Assembly: GCA_964016885.1 (NCBI GenBank)
Contig: OZ024747.1
Coordinates: 65,844,001-65,908,000, forward strand
Length of the DNA: 64,000 bases
DNA from: Eledone cirrhosa
Taxonomy: Eukaryota
Direction: 5' to 3'
Part shown: positions 43,485-58,330 of the stretch, piece after piece
How positions within the stretch are numbered: position 1 is the first letter of the stretch
Layout: each line of letters begins with the position of its first letter
The notes under the pieces: generated by a model
Told to the model about the DNA's origin: nothing
Seen by the model: the letters and a program-made list of their open reading frames with translations, nothing else
The model's database searches: none
Program-made: the position numbers and the translations under genes

Positions 43485-45307
43485 TTACCTCTTCGTCTCC
43501 TGGGGACCAGGCTGCACAATTTCCATGGGGGTGTTGTAAGGGTTGTTTGGTGGGGTGGTGGTTTGTGGTGGGGTGAGGAAATCAGTGTGTGGTGGGATTA
43601 GGGTGTTTGGTGGGGTGTGGGTGTCTGGTGTGGGGGTGGGGAAACATCTCAATAGGACGTGGTTAAGTGGTTTGGTGCAGTTGGTCCCCACATGCATTGG
43701 ATGGTTCTTTTTCAAAGTTACATAGGTTTCCGTTGGGACCCTAATCATCATTAGGTGCGGTTTGTTCTCTGCGTAGGTGAAAGTGATCTCTTCGGTTTCC
43801 ACCGAAGGGTTATTTTCTATTGCTTTCATCAACGTTTTATTGTTCTTGTTAATGTATGTATAGAGTTTTTGTTGTGTTGTGTTTGTTTTTGTTTGTTGTT
43901 CTTGTGCGTGTTTGCGTTTTGTAGTATGTGTTATGTTTTGGGGAGGGGTGGGTTTTTTTGTTTGTGATGTTTGTTCTGTTTGTGCTGGTGATTGTGTGTT
44001 TGTAGCATTTTTGTTAATGTGGTGCCTTTTTTTTTCCTTTTCCCCTGTTGAAAGGGTTCTCCCTCGTCGTCACTGGGTGACGTTGATACGGAGTCCTCTT
44101 CCGTGTTGTTGGGGAGGGGTATATTTTGGGGTTTTGTGTGTGGTTGCTTTTGTATTTGTTTTAGGTGGGGAGGGGTTGGGGGAACAGTGTTTTGTGTTGT
44201 TATTTTTCCGTGTTGTTGTGGTTGTTGTTGTTGTTGTTGTGGTGGTTGTGGTGGTTGTGGTGGTGGTGGTGGTGGTGGTTGTGTTGTTGTGTTCGGGGTT
44301 GGCAGAAGAGCCTTTTTTTTTGACTCGTTAATTGAGGACAGGCAGCCCTCAGGTGACCCCTGCTTAAGAAGTGGTAACATGACGGCCGCCTTCCCTCCAC
44401 TGAAATGTTTATATAAGTTAGCCCTCCAGAGGCACGCGTTGTGGGATATTCGCTATTCGTTCTGGGCTAATTTGCACCAGAACTTCTACGCTGGTCCCAC
44501 CAAATACACCTTCGGAGGACTTTCCTATTGAAATTATCTTGTTTTCATCAAAGTCAATGATTCCACATAGTATCCACCAAATATTTACATTGATACTCAT
44601 TATTTTTATTCTTTGTGTCCTTTTCCCCCTGTATGTGGGGAAAAAGGTGAAGCGGGGGGACACAATGGGTGATACCGAGTACTTTTGTGTTGTTGACTGT
44701 ACATTAGCACCGAAATGCTACCAAACAGTTTACCTTTTTGTATGAAGGTTAAGTCCTTCATTGCATCTTTTAGAACCAGCTCAATTTCATTTTGTGATAA
44801 TTGAGCTGGTTTTCTTGTTTCGTTCGATATTGTCCTGAAAACCACAATTTTCAGGACAGCCTCTCTACGTAATTCCTGTGGAGAATTGATGCTAAAAGCA
44901 CCGTTTTCGCCAAACGTAGCGAATTGTTTTGCGTCTTGTAATAGTTGTTTAGCATTTGTTATGTCTATTGGCGTGTATAGTTCGTTTTTCTTTACAGTCT
45001 GTGGGAATGTTGGTCTGGTGTTGTTGTCTTTTTTGTTGCTGCTGTTGTTGTCACTGTTGGTAATATTGTTCATGTTTTCCTTGGTGTTGCTATTGTTGCA
45101 GTTGTTGGTTGTGGTGTTATTGTCATTGTTCTTGTTGTTGGTGCTGGTATTATTTACCGAGTTTGGTTTCGTGGTTTCAATATTTTCAACGTTTTTCGAT
45201 AATGCGAGGGGGGAAGGCTGCAAGCTTTGTACTCCTACATTCCCTCCACCACTTTTCTTAGTGGGCGTGGCACTCACGACAGTGTGCGAGGTGGAAATGG
45301 CATCCAT
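43485..45307 (-). pseudogene. Tx1 copy C ORF1, frameshifted
   Basis: Asn-rich N-terminus, KGKLFGSISV homologous to A and B, degenerate knuckle EGRRPSCYH..RGHLRAAC, Pro/Gln-rich tail. Confidence 0.8.
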
Positions 45308-45507
45308 TGCTGATACCAAGTCTACACAGTTTTGAGATGAAAATGAAAATTTCGCCCCAGAAACGGGCGAAAATTAGTTGACTCAACGTCTGACGGCCCA
45401 GGCAAGGGGTTAAACTAAACAATGCTATTAAGTTGAGCAATGAACTTACAGTTTTTTTGACAATAATCCGTAAAAATCCGGAGCGAAGTAATTCACGTCT
45501 ATATAAA

Positions 45508-46385
45508 GTGGTAATTGATATAGAGAGAGGGATTGGAAGAGAGTTCGTGTAGTAGATATAGAGAGGGGAGAGTTTGTTGTTAATTGATATAGAGGGGAAA
45601 TTGGGAGAGAGTGTTGCATGGTTGATGTAGAGAGGCGGAGAGTTTGGCGGTAATGAATAGAGTGAGAGGACTGATAGAGATAGGTATTGATAGATATAGA
45701 GGGGGAGAGTTTGGTAGTGATGAATAGAGTGAGAGGAACTGAGAGAGAGTGCTGTATAGTAGATATAGAGATGGGGATAGTTTGGTGGTAATTGATATAC
45801 GGAGGGGGGTTGGGAGAGTGTGCTGTATATCAGATATAGAGAAGGGGGAGAGATTGATGTTTATTGATATAGAGAGGGTATTGGAAGAGAGATCTGTGCA
45901 GTAGACATAGAGGGAAAGATTTTGGTGCTAATTGGTATATAGAGGGGGATGGAACAGAGTACCGTGTAGTATATATAGAAAGGTGGAGAGTTTGGTCAAA
46001 ATTGATATATAGAGAGAGATTGAAAGAAAGTTCCGTGTAGCAGATATATAGAGGGGGATTGGGAAGAAGTTCCGTATAGTAGATATAAAGAGGGGTGAGA
46101 ATTTGGTGGTTGTAGATATGCAGAGAGGGATAATGGGAGAGTGTCGTGTAGTAGATATAGAGAGGGTGAGAGTTTAGGTGTAATTGATATACAGAGGAGA
46201 TTGGGAGAGATAAGTGTAGATATATAGAGAGAGTGAGAGAGTGTATTAGTCTTAGATGTAGAGAGTGAGATAAGAGAGGCGGTGTCGAGGTAGATATAGA
46301 GAAGGGTAGAGTTTCATTTTAGTAGATACAGAGAGGGGGGTAAAAGAGAGTTTTGTGTGATAGACATAGAGAGAAAAGTTTGGTG
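45508..46385. repeat. Degenerate purine-rich minisatellite (about 60-65 bp unit), one more unit at 39781-39830
   Basis: Recurrent TAGATATAGAGAGGGGAGAGTTTGGTGGTAATTGATATA. Confidence 0.85.
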
Positions 46386-47606
46386 GCACGCTTAGGTCCC
46401 AAATAATAGGGGGGTGTGTGTGTGTGACAATAATGGAGGGAAGGGGCTGGGGGTCTTGGGGAATTAGTAATTGTGTAGTGTACGTTCATAAATATGGGAT
46501 TTCTTGTAATGTTCTACTTTTGTCATATATAATTGTTTCTACTTTAGGCACAAGGCCAGCAATTACCCAGTGCATTACTGGTACTTTATTTTATCGACCC
46601 CGTAAGGATGAAAGGCAAAGTCAACCTCGGCCGGATTTGAACTCAGATCGTAAAGGGACGTAACTATGCTGGAAAGCATGGTGTCTGACCCTCTACCGAT
46701 ACTGCCAATCCACCGCCCTTTTGTCATATATAATGTTTTTTTTTATGTAAAATAAAATTACTATTAGATTCTCCAGCTGCTGTACCTAAACTATAATAAA
46801 GTAAGGAGTGCGTGACTGCGTCCAGAATATATTTTTATGTAAAATAAGTTGGATTACTTTGAATAAATAATGAACGAATATTACATAATTTATCTACTAA
46901 ATTTCCTTATTCTTGATTAAATATAAATAATTTTGTTGCTTATTTTAAGATTTATTACTTTAAAATTTTCAAATGTCAACACTTCCGGTTAGCGATCGCT
47001 TATATAAACATTCATATATTTCCGTCACTAATTTTCTCCTAATGTAGTTTATATATAATATCGTCTTTTTTAATATAACTTGGATTACGTTACTGATTAC
47101 ATAAGACAGTGTAACGCAGTCTTCGTTCAATTTCTGTTTATATTGTCAATTACGATTTTATTTGATGTATCATATCTATATGCATATATACTTGCGTATA
47201 ATATCAATATGCACATTACACATGCTAGCAGAAAACCACCCGAAGGCTGGTTTTTCTGCTAGTGAATATAAATGACTTTCAATGAAATTTCGCCGGGGAT
47301 AGATTAGCAAAATTTAATAAGTGGGTGGGAGTGGGGGTGGAATAAAAGCCGGGGTGGGGGTGGTGGAAAAAATCTGAAAAATTAATAAGCGGGGGGGGGG
47401 GGGGGGGGCGGACGATTATTCAAGACCTGAGAGTACGTGAATTATTTACGGATGTAAGAATGACAATCCAATACCGAAGTATAGTTTAAATATGCATTTA
47501 TTATGGAGTCTCACCTGCGTATTCACCAGACAAGACTAGTGATCCTGTCAGTGCGCAGGTGAAACTTTAGAGTAACAAACATCACCAATAACCATAATAA
47601 ATGAAA

Positions 47607-47650
<44 letters not shown>

Positions 47651-47766
47651 ATAATAACAAACGAACCTCCTTTGTTGGCATCTATCATTACGATTTTTCT
47701 AGTATATACTTGTGCGCGCACAAACATACACGGGTATACGTATATATATATAAATATATATAAAAG

Positions 47767-47799
<33 letters not shown>

Positions 47800-48217
47800 G
47801 TATGTATATGTGTGTGTGCTTTTATATATATATATGTCATATGTATTTCCGTAGAAAATATGAACACATACATTTAATTATACCCATAACACACAGAAAA
47901 CACTCATATTTACTATGATTACATTCTTTTTGTTATACCTGTTATATATGTAATTACACTTAATTATAGCTTTTACATATGACTCTTACCCAATCTAAAT
48001 TATAGAACCGAGAACTCCTCTCTGTGAATATACTTAACATACTCATAGATATGTTTGAATATTTTTGAGTGCTAATATACTTATATTTTTTCTATGTATG
48101 AACTTACGTGTGTATGTATATAGATTCACTTTATATGTATGTGATTATTTATATACTTATATCTTAATTACTTGTGTAAATATATATATATATACACACT
48201 TTCACAAGTAATTAAGA

Positions 48218-48438
<221 letters not shown>

Positions 48439-48974
48439 CAATGTTTGTAAATCTAAGCGAGAACAAATCAATTCAAAGTGAGATTAAGGCTTTCTAAATG
48501 AGATTACAACTTGAATATGAAAAAAATGATTTCAAAATGAGATATTAACATAGAAAAAAACTGATATTTTGTGAGACGACAGAGCATGAAATAACATCGT
48601 AACATGATTTGTAATGTCAACAATATGATTTTGCATTAGCTCAATATAATGAGGCAAAAAACATCATCTTGTGGCTGTTTTCCATCCTGGTCTAAGTACT
48701 GATTCATAACAACGACGAGCTGAATGCGAGCAACGTTAAACACTTGTGTCTACTTTGTTCAATGTCTATTTGATGTTGTTTGCCTAGCTAATACAATAAC
48801 ACCGTTCGAATGTTATGCATTTTAACTTTTGAATGCATTTAACAGTTGAAGGAGAAACCTCTGAGCTGAATAATTTCCACTCTGTCTCATCGTCCCCAAT
48901 TTTCTCAGGGTGTTCTCTGAATTTGAATGCAATAGTATCTACATACATGGTCCTGATTTCTTTATCCACCAATG

Positions 48975-50011
48975 CTTCCCACTTTATCCTGTAGGTCGTA
49001 CTGGACCTGCCAGTTTGTGGGCTTCTTTGGCTTTAGGTAGCCTCAAGTTGCAGATAATTAGATGGTGATCAGTTGACAGCTCAGCCCCTTTCTTAACACG
49101 AACATCCAGCACAGAACCAAAGAGATCAGAGACAATAGCATAATCAATTATTGATCTATGTCCCTGATTCCCTTTATACCATGTATATGCTGGAAGAAGG
49201 TGTTCATAATAGAGAGTCCTTTGCTAGAACAGAAGTCTAATAAGGCACCTTCATTCGTATTTAGATCGGGGTCGCCATTCCTTCCAATCACTCCTTTTTA
49301 TTTCAGGTCGTCCGTGCCAGCATGTGCATTGAAGTCTTCCATCAGGATATATGACTCAGTCTTAACTACATCTAACGCTGCAGTGACTTGATCAAAGAAG
49401 GACCTGTATTCGGTCTCCTTGTTTAATGCATAAACTTGCACAGCCCAAAGAGATCTATCTTTCAGCCCAAGCTTCAAGAGACAAATCCTCCCTCCTAATG
49501 GGATCCAATCTACGACACATTTTGACAGCCGGGGGCTTGTGAGTCTCCTCACTCCCGCCTGTGCAGTCATTTCTGGTGCCACATCTGAATAGTGGAGTTT
49601 TCTTCCTCCATTCAAATCTACACACCAGAGCCACGGAACTACGTTGAGGAAACCCCGACTATATCTAGCCGGTAGCATCTAGCCTCCTCCACTAGTTCCT
49701 GCTCCTTACCTGTAAGGGTTGTGATGGTTCAGGTTCCAATTGTCAAGGTTTGCTCTCCGGACCGGACCCTCTTTGGGCATGTGGTTAGAATATCTCAGGA
49801 AAGAATCGCTGGACAAAACCAACCGACAGGATACCCATGTGTAGACCCCGAGCAAGATGGTTGGATAATATCCACGAGCGTGGCTGGTTGCTTGGGGATC
49901 CAGTCGAATCAGTTGGTTATTGTTGCTTCTGACAGGACCCGCTGGAAGGCGTGTTTGAGGACTCTGCCCCACGACCTCGTCAGGAATAAGTGGGTGAAGA
50001 AGAAGAAGAAC
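48975..50011. mobile_element. RTE LINE pieces: endonuclease N-terminus on minus (about 48975-49715) joined to a 3' end on plus (about 49760-50011) with a (GAA)n tail
   Basis: Minus: GKEQELVEEA..RLDIVG, VQVYA, EDFNAHAG, SIIDY, LSTDH. Plus: LFGHVVRI..ASDRTRWK followed by GAAGAAGAAGAA. Confidence 0.72.
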
Positions 50012-50569
50012 TCTTAAATGCTGTACTGAGCCTAAAAAATCCGTTCGTACAATGATTTTAGAATTCACATATTCTGTCAGATTTTATCAATGCTATAATA
50101 TTAATCATTACAATTGCGAACGAACTTTCCGTTTTATTTAGTTTATAATATCGTATTATCACTATGAAATCTCTATTCTCACTTTGAAGCGATATGTACT
50201 CAATTTGATCTGGCAAAAATACTCACCTTCAAACGGTTATTCTCATTTTGAAGTCATATATCTTCACTTAGTAGTAGCAACACAGCCTGAACACAAGTAA
50301 TGTATTAAAGCCAATTTGTGAGAGAGATTTCTTTTCGGAGTTTAGAAGATAACACTAGTAAAAGTAATCTATATATACACACATATATACACATACTCTC
50401 TTTCTCTCTCACACAAACACAGACACACATATATATCAGTTTACATGTACATACATGAGAGTGATCTTTATATGCAGAACATGAATAATACAGGCATATA
50501 TTTAGACACACACACAGACACACACACACGACTTACACACACACTCACACACACATACACACACGACGT

Positions 50570-50603
<34 letters not shown>

Positions 50604-50646
50604 TTACTCACGCACCATACACTCATTTACACACATATGTGCATGT

Positions 50647-50689
<43 letters not shown>

Positions 50690-50702
50690 TGCGTGTGTGC
50701 GC

Positions 50703-50757
<55 letters not shown>

Positions 50758-52569
50758 AATATTTGTAGCGTCTGTAAATACTTTTTGTGTATGTCAAATG
50801 ATGCATGATAAGCTGTCTATTCCCACAGCAGGAATACAATAATATATTAATATATTAATATATTGTGCTGTGGAAATCTTCTCCATTTAGCAACACAAGC
50901 AATTCTACAAGAGCACTGAAGCGGAGTGATAAGTCAAAATTTGTTCGCTAGGTTAGATGTATTAAAGTCTATTTGACGAATCTTTCAAATGCAACCAAGA
51001 GTATATCTTGCGATGGCAGTGGAGATGCTTCAGAATTAATAAGATGTTGTCCCCAATCAACGTATTTGGCCACATTTTATGATATTATATCGCAAATTGT
51101 GATATATGGCTGTAATATTAACTCATAACACCATGTAAAGATTTAGTAGAAAATAAAACATCAAACAACTTTAGTAATTCCAATTTTTATAGTATATTTA
51201 CGCGTGGACAGATTGTTGCAAAAATTGCGCTATTAGAGTAAAGACTTACATTTTTAATATGATGCAATTACAGTGCTGTTTTGTATTTTTCGAGAATGTC
51301 TTGTTAATGTGGTTACATGCGATTTGTTAATTCCAATATTTATAAAGAAATTGGTAGTTTGAAAGCCACGACAATGCGGGTTTAGACGGAGAACAAATAA
51401 ATCGTAAGAAACAGGACTTGTTTTTTTACCTGAATTTATTCATGTCCTGATATTTCAAGATTAATATCTCTTCTTCCGAGGAAAATAAAGGAACTATTCC
51501 AGTGTCCGATGTGGCTTGCTATACCATGCTGGCCGGAAGTCGTTTTATTATTTATTTTTTTAAAGATTGTTGTGAACATTTTCAGTACTAGAGTAAAATC
51601 TTTACTTCGTAATGCAATTACAATGCTGTTTTGTACATTTTAAGAATATCTTGCTAAGGTGGTTTCATGCAGTACAGGGCGTAAAGAGCCAAAACACTTT
51701 TATCGTCTGTTTGTCCATCAGCAATCGATTATCGAGGAAGATCATTAGTTTTGTTATGTGATTGATTATATTTTATGTGTCTGCAGATGGTTCATGTGTA
51801 AATAATTGTTTCTACTTTTGGCACAAGGCCAGCAATTACTCCAGTGCATTACTGGCGCTATATTTTATTGAACCCGTAAGGATGCAAGGCAAAGTTAACC
51901 TCGGTGGGATTTGAACTCAGAACGTATATATAGAGTGACAATAAAAATTTCAATTCTTATTATCTTATTGTCTTATTATCTCTCTCTCTCTCTTCCCCCC
52001 CCTCTCCCCTCTCTCTCTCTCTATATATATATATCTGTGTGTGTATGTCTGTATTAGGTAGAGTCCTAGCATGAGCTTATCTTTCATTGTTAAAATCAAT
52101 TTTAGTACTCCGGAAATAAATGCTTCAAGAATTACAAGAAATAAATTCCCCATCAAAACGAACAAATAAAGTTAAAGGAATCTTCTTCTTCTTCTTCTTC
52201 TTCTTCTTCTTCTTCTTCTTCTTCTTCCTTCACTCCCCCACTCCCTTCACCCCTCCCCTCCCTACCATCTCTTCACCCCTCCCTCCCCTCCTCCCCTCCC
52301 TCCACATGTTTTCTTCTTTTAAGATGATTCATCCGACCTTTTGTTGATTTGTTCTGCATTTCTCTTTAAAAGTTTTTGCCTCCCCTACTCCGTTTTATTA
52401 AGAACGTGGAAACATCTTATTTAAACAAATTATCTTGCAGATATTTTAAAATGATACTTAAATGTCCACACAGCAGGGAAGGACTTATTTACATGTTGAC
52501 ACTTAGAATATAGAATGAAGTTTCTTCTCATCTCTACCCTGTATACCTAAATACATGTCTACAAACACC

Positions 52570-52638
<69 letters not shown>

Positions 52639-52827
52639 TGTATATATATATATATATATGCGTATATACATGCGCATATTTAGTCGCTACTTTTAATCCA
52701 TTAAGTATATCCAATATATAATGCACATATATCTAGATTATACCTAGAGATATATGTAAATGTGTAGTCATATACGCAGAGAAACTGATAAAAAATAAAG
52801 TAATATCTACATAAATAATCGTTTTTA

Positions 52828-52944
<117 letters not shown>

Positions 52945-53286
52945 ATATATATATGTATGTATTCATGTATGTATTTATTACACACACACACACACACATA
53001 TATACATACATACATACAGATTTATACTTTATTGCGTGTTGTGTATAAGAATGACAGAGAGTGACTGAAACATAAGTGTAGCTGCTGGTAAATCCGATTT
53101 AAATTGGATCTTCACCAGTACTAAATATATATGTTTGCAAAATTCAGTGCTACATATGTATGTTTTTAAAACGATTATATAAATCCATGTAGGATTCAAT
53201 CAGTTGAATGAATAATTATTAGGTTGAAATGAATTATATTGATAAAAATAATAGTTTCTCGCTAAACAATTGATACTGCCCTCGCG

Positions 53287-53317
<31 letters not shown>

Positions 53318-53799
53318 GTACATATGTATTTATAAAAAAAATGAACGGAAATATCAAAGCAAAGAACACAGTAGAAGGAGGAAATATATTTATTTAACGC
53401 TTGATATAGTAGGAAAAGAATCTTTACGTTTCGGTCACTAGTCCTTCATCAGAAAATAGAATGAGATATAAAAGATGAACTAGAAAGACATAGTGCAGTA
53501 GTTGATTAACCCATTGTTTTACTATCATTTCAGAGATCGAAATTATCAATGTACAGACAAATCGATGGCAGTCTAAAATGGTTATAAATCGTACTAGGCA
53601 GAATATTAATGAGTATATATAGATATGTAAATATAGCCTTATCTTTATTATTCATGAAAATAAAAGTGGTGGAAATCCAGAAAAGGTGGAATTCTAAGAG
53701 TATTTGACACTGTCGCTGAGAGTTGAGACGTTGATAAGGATGATGATGACAATAGTTATGGTGGTTCCTATGTCTAATTCATAAATTGGCCATTTTAAT

Positions 53800-54004
53800 C
53801 AGGCATGTCAAACAAGCACACCTGCGGCCCGCACAAAGGTTTTTACAGCGCAAGTGTAATATAAAATAAAAAATATTAGTTGTAATGTGTGCAATTAGTT
53901 GTCATGTGTGGCCCTCAGACAACACATATGTAACCCATGTGGCCCTCAGACAACACATATGTGACCCATGTGGCCCTCGGAGGACCCTCAATTTGACATG
54001 CCTG
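53800..54004. mobile_element. hAT/Charlie-like MITE
   Basis: TIRs CAGGCATGTCAAA/TTTGACATGCCTG, imperfect 8-bp TSD (ATTTTAAT/ATTTAACT), subterminal GCGGCCCG and TGGCCCTC motifs. Confidence 0.75.
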
Positions 54005-55127
54005 ATTTAACTGATCGACTATCTGAAGGCACATGGTAGAAAATGATGGCGGATCCATCTACGTTATCAACTTGTCAAATGCATGCTTCGCGAAGCTCCA
54101 AATGCGATAAGACTCTGTAAGCCCAAATGTCTGTGATTAATGAAACAAACATATACATAAAAATATATGTCTTACTACCATAATGGCCAATTTTCCTATA
54201 TTCTAAATATTACAATGAACATTTTATTTTGCTAGCAACCTAAGTCAGGGTCTCTTTTAAGGAAATTTTAGAACTGCACCGATTTAAGGTTTCATATTCT
54301 CTGAGTCAAAGAAAAATTTGTATGGTATTTTTAGGATTTTATGAATCCTGTAGGACTTATAACCATCATTTATCACGTAAGTGCATGAAGTATTTGACAA
54401 AAAATGTAAATTTACTGCACAAAATTAGATTTAGAACTAGACATGTAAGAGTTAGAATAATCACTGACGTATATGAAGTGGAAACAACTTCAGCTGGAGA
54501 TTGAAACCCATCGTCGGCTGCGATTTTTGTTTCATTAGAAGTTTACTATCGAACATTATTACTTTGTCCTACGGCGCCTTGTCGAAGAAAATATTGCATA
54601 TTGCGCATATTGAAAGAAATTAATAAGTAATCGGCAGAAGTATTGATTTCGCTGAATGAACTATTGATTTTCATTGATATAGTAGAATATTTAGTGGCTG
54701 AGTTAATTATGGTTTCATCTATTCTCAGAACAGGCGAAACAAGGTTTTTGATAAAATACGACAATCGAAGCGGAAATAAGAGAGGCACACATAATTCTTT
54801 TGACAACTTAGCATCTTTAGCGATAAAAAATGTCAGCTAATACAGACTGAAAATATAATGACTGAATACCAATATAATCTGAATGCCAAAACTTGTATGA
54901 TAACGATTGTACTGAATAATAATGTTCGTCAGTAAATTTGTAATAACGATTGTACTGGATTTATTTTGTCCGTCTGTCACACGAACGTTACGCTATCACA
55001 AAACCATTCTAAAATTATCATTTAGAATTCATGGAACATTTGTTCTGAAAGGCGTTTTCTGTCAACGGTGTTGTCTATCTTTTCCACCCTCCCTTATTCA
55101 CTCACTTTATCTCTCTCTGTCTCTCTC

Positions 55128-55234
<107 letters not shown>

Positions 55235-55332
55235 TACATATTTTTATATATGCATATACATACCAAGATACATACATGTATGTGTTTATGTGTATGTGGG
55301 TACACGCGCTTATATATAAGCGTGTATGAGTA

Positions 55333-55379
<47 letters not shown>

Positions 55380-56051
55380 GCATATTCATATGTGCTTACA
55401 TACAAGTGCGTGTACTCACACACACAAACACAAACACATATATCTAGGTATGTATATGCATATGTATGTGCATATATATATGTATATATATATGTGTGTG
55501 TGTGTGTGTATGTATGTGCATTGAATTATTTGTTTTTCACCTTCCATTTTCCAACGACATCTGCAATCATTTGATTTTGATTCTTGAATTTTCTGTAAGT
55601 CGAAAAGTCTGTGAGTATTAAGTCAAATCTTTTAAGAATTATATTTATTTAAGAAACAAAAATATTTAGTTCTTCATGATATTTCTCCATTCATTTATTG
55701 TCGTAACTACAGAATTCAAAATTCCTAAATATTAGTGACGAAAGCTTAACATTCTTGACATGTTGCATAATTTCATTCCAAAACTCTTGGAAAATATTTC
55801 CATTAACCTACAGCAACGATATCCCCCAAAGACTGAAAGTTGAATTCAATAAACTTCGTTTTATTGAATTAAAACACAAATTCAATCCTTCATTCCCAGA
55901 AGAGTTTCTGACATTGTAGTCTTTAGAATAATCGAAATTCATTAAAAATAAATATGGCGAATGATGCAGAATTATTGGTAAAATTCTCGACTAATGATTC
56001 GATGATGCAGGTTCAATTCTAATTTTAAACAATTGCTTTATTCTATTCTAG

Positions 56052-56370
56052 ACGCGGTATGGTCGAATGTTTAAGAAGTTCATTTTGTAATCGTAGGTTT
56101 CTGCGTTTGAGCTCACTGTATGGCATCTTAATTAAATGTCCGCTACTATAGCCTCGGGCAGTCCTAAATATTGTGAGAGAAATTGAATGGATGGAATCTA
56201 CTTAGAAGCTCGTCAGATGGATTGTACATGTTATTATTTACGACAACCCTATCGTTCACTTTGTCATGCTAAATCTTCATGAGAATTGCGCGAGGAATGA
56301 TCAGTGAATTACACGTTAATTTCACACACAAGCTGTTCTGTTAATCACGTGGACCACACATCGTAGAGAC
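56052..56370. mobile_element. Degenerate second SINE family (related pieces at about 9360-9470, 17385-17680, 57325-57470)
   Basis: tRNA-like head followed by CTACTATAGCCTCGGGC..AGAAGCTCGTC. 56240-56355 resembles the reverse complement of 17390-17530. Confidence 0.5.
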
Positions 56371-56400
56371 CACCTCCACATTTAAAGGGAAACTGCCCCC

Positions 56401-56432
<32 letters not shown>

Positions 56433-56456
56433 CTACAGTTACACAGTTACACTTAC

Positions 56457-56677
56457 ATATGTAGGTGTGTATTTAAGTATGTACATCCTTCATTGAGAAA
56501 ATCGATAAATCTGTACTGCGGAACAAAAGTACCGTGTAGTGTTTGTTCAGCCCAAGCTACTTTCATAACTGTTCCTCGTTCATCTCGCCATTGTCAATGT
56601 GCCAGTGATTGGCCCATTGAAAACCGGTAATCAACGGCGTCATTGTTCACATAATACCATAGGAAGTAAACCACTAC
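56457..56677 (-). pseudogene. Possible host (pseudo)exon, product unknown
   Basis: Bounded by TTAG| and |GTAAGT. 73 codons (VVVYFLWYYVNNDAVDYRFSMGQSLAH*QWRDERGT...) with one in-frame TGA, in non-repetitive sequence. Confidence 0.25.
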
Positions 56678-57618
56678 CTAACTAAATATATAAGTAAATA
56701 TATAGATATACTTTATCTAACTCAGAGAGGAATAGAGGAAAAGAGGGAGAGAGAGTTGATAGAGAGAGTTGAGAGAGAGTTGAGAGAGAGAGAGAGAGAG
56801 GAAGAGACGGAGAGTTGAGAGAGAGAGATAGAGAGACAGAGAGAGAGAGAGAGAGAGTCAAAGAAGCAATAGAAAGAAGAGATGTGTGTGTTCTTTCTAT
56901 CACAAGAATATGACAAATGGCTGTACTAGACAGAAACCACCAGCATAAGATATATGACTGAGATCAATACAGCGCTGAGAAAATAGCTCTGCTGCTTTCA
57001 AATGACGTTTTTGTATCACAATTTCATTGATTACTGGAATATATAGACAGAAGACAACACAGAGATTTTGTTGTTTTGTTAATAAGAGGCCAAAGGTGAT
57101 GTAAATGAATTTAGACACAAAGGCCAGGGGCAGTAAGCAGTCGCTAGGTGTCTGAATAATGGGTGGAGCTGTATATAAACATGTCTCTGTTACATGGTAT
57201 ATTTACAACATCCTACGTAATGGCATGGTTAAATATGATGCCAATAAAATGGGTCAATGAAGACGGTGGCGGTAGGTGATCGAATGGGTGGTGTGTTGGA
57301 TGCATATTATATTTATTTTCATTCCATGTAGTAGCAGGAATTTGGCTTTGTAATGGCGAAGATTGGTTACAAGTTGGAACTTATTGTGTGATACCTGGAG
57401 CAAAGGTTTTTTACATTAATCTCAATCCATCCAAGCCTTCATAGTCGGAAACTGTGTGGAAGCCCGTCGGATAGATTATATTTTCCTCTGTCATGTTATT
57501 TCCTTTTCTCTTTCACTTTCTTCTACGACACACACACACGCGCACATATACATATACGTACACACACACACACGTGCACATATACATATACGTACACAAA
57601 CACACATATATAATATAT

Positions 57619-57658
<40 letters not shown>

Positions 57659-57820
57659 ATATATATATATATATATAAGGGAGGAAATGTGGTAAGGAAC
57701 CAGGTGGACCATAACGCAAAAAAGTACTCAATACTTAGGGTAGTAGAGTGGGTGATAGGAACGAGTAGGACCCCAAGGGGTCCTACTCGTTCCTATATAT
57801 ATATATATATATATATATAT

Positions 57821-58330
57821 TAGTAAGTAGAGTGAATTTTTTGAAATTTTTTCTTATTTGCTAAACCTTAATTATATATGTTCTGGCTCGTTAATTTATT
57901 AACCTGTCATTGAACCACATTCGCATATGGTTGGGTAATACATGTGTTCCTATTCGTATTATTATTAATCTCTCCTTGGTCGAGATGAAATCTGGTCGTT
58001 TTGACTGCTGCTATTTATAGTGGTAGTAGATTGACCTCCCTGCCTCTGCCTTCTATCTTTACACACGGCACTGGACAGAATTGCTTCCACATCCTTTATT
58101 TTCATCTCGGGAACAATTTTGAATAGTGCCAGTTCGTAATTTGAACTCGGGAATTTTATATTCTCCGAGTGAAAAGAACCTTCTGACGAGAGTTTATCTT
58201 TTCAATGGAAGCCCGCAAGGACTTTCCATTTATTTTTGAGGCTCGAAACCGATTCGGTAAAGGTAACCATAGTAAGTACAGTGAATATTTTGAAATTTAT
58301 TTTGAAACTTTTCTTATTTGCTAAACCTTC

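Larger units (their letters stand above)
39831..45507 (-). mobile_element. Tx1/L1-clade non-LTR retrotransposon, copy C, near full length, 15-bp TSD
   Basis: ORF1 about 45307-43485, ORF2 43442-40072, AATAAA near 39843. GTGGTAATTGATATA is duplicated at 39816-39830 and 45508-45522. Confidence 0.93.

Noticed and set aside
47320-47435. G-rich, G-quadruplex-like tract
   Set aside because: Looks like one end of a decayed MITE. No partner TIR or other support was found.
50760-51100. Possible Pif1/Helitron helicase relic on minus (LLNGEDFHST)
   Set aside because: Only one weak motif requiring frameshifts, too degraded to support.
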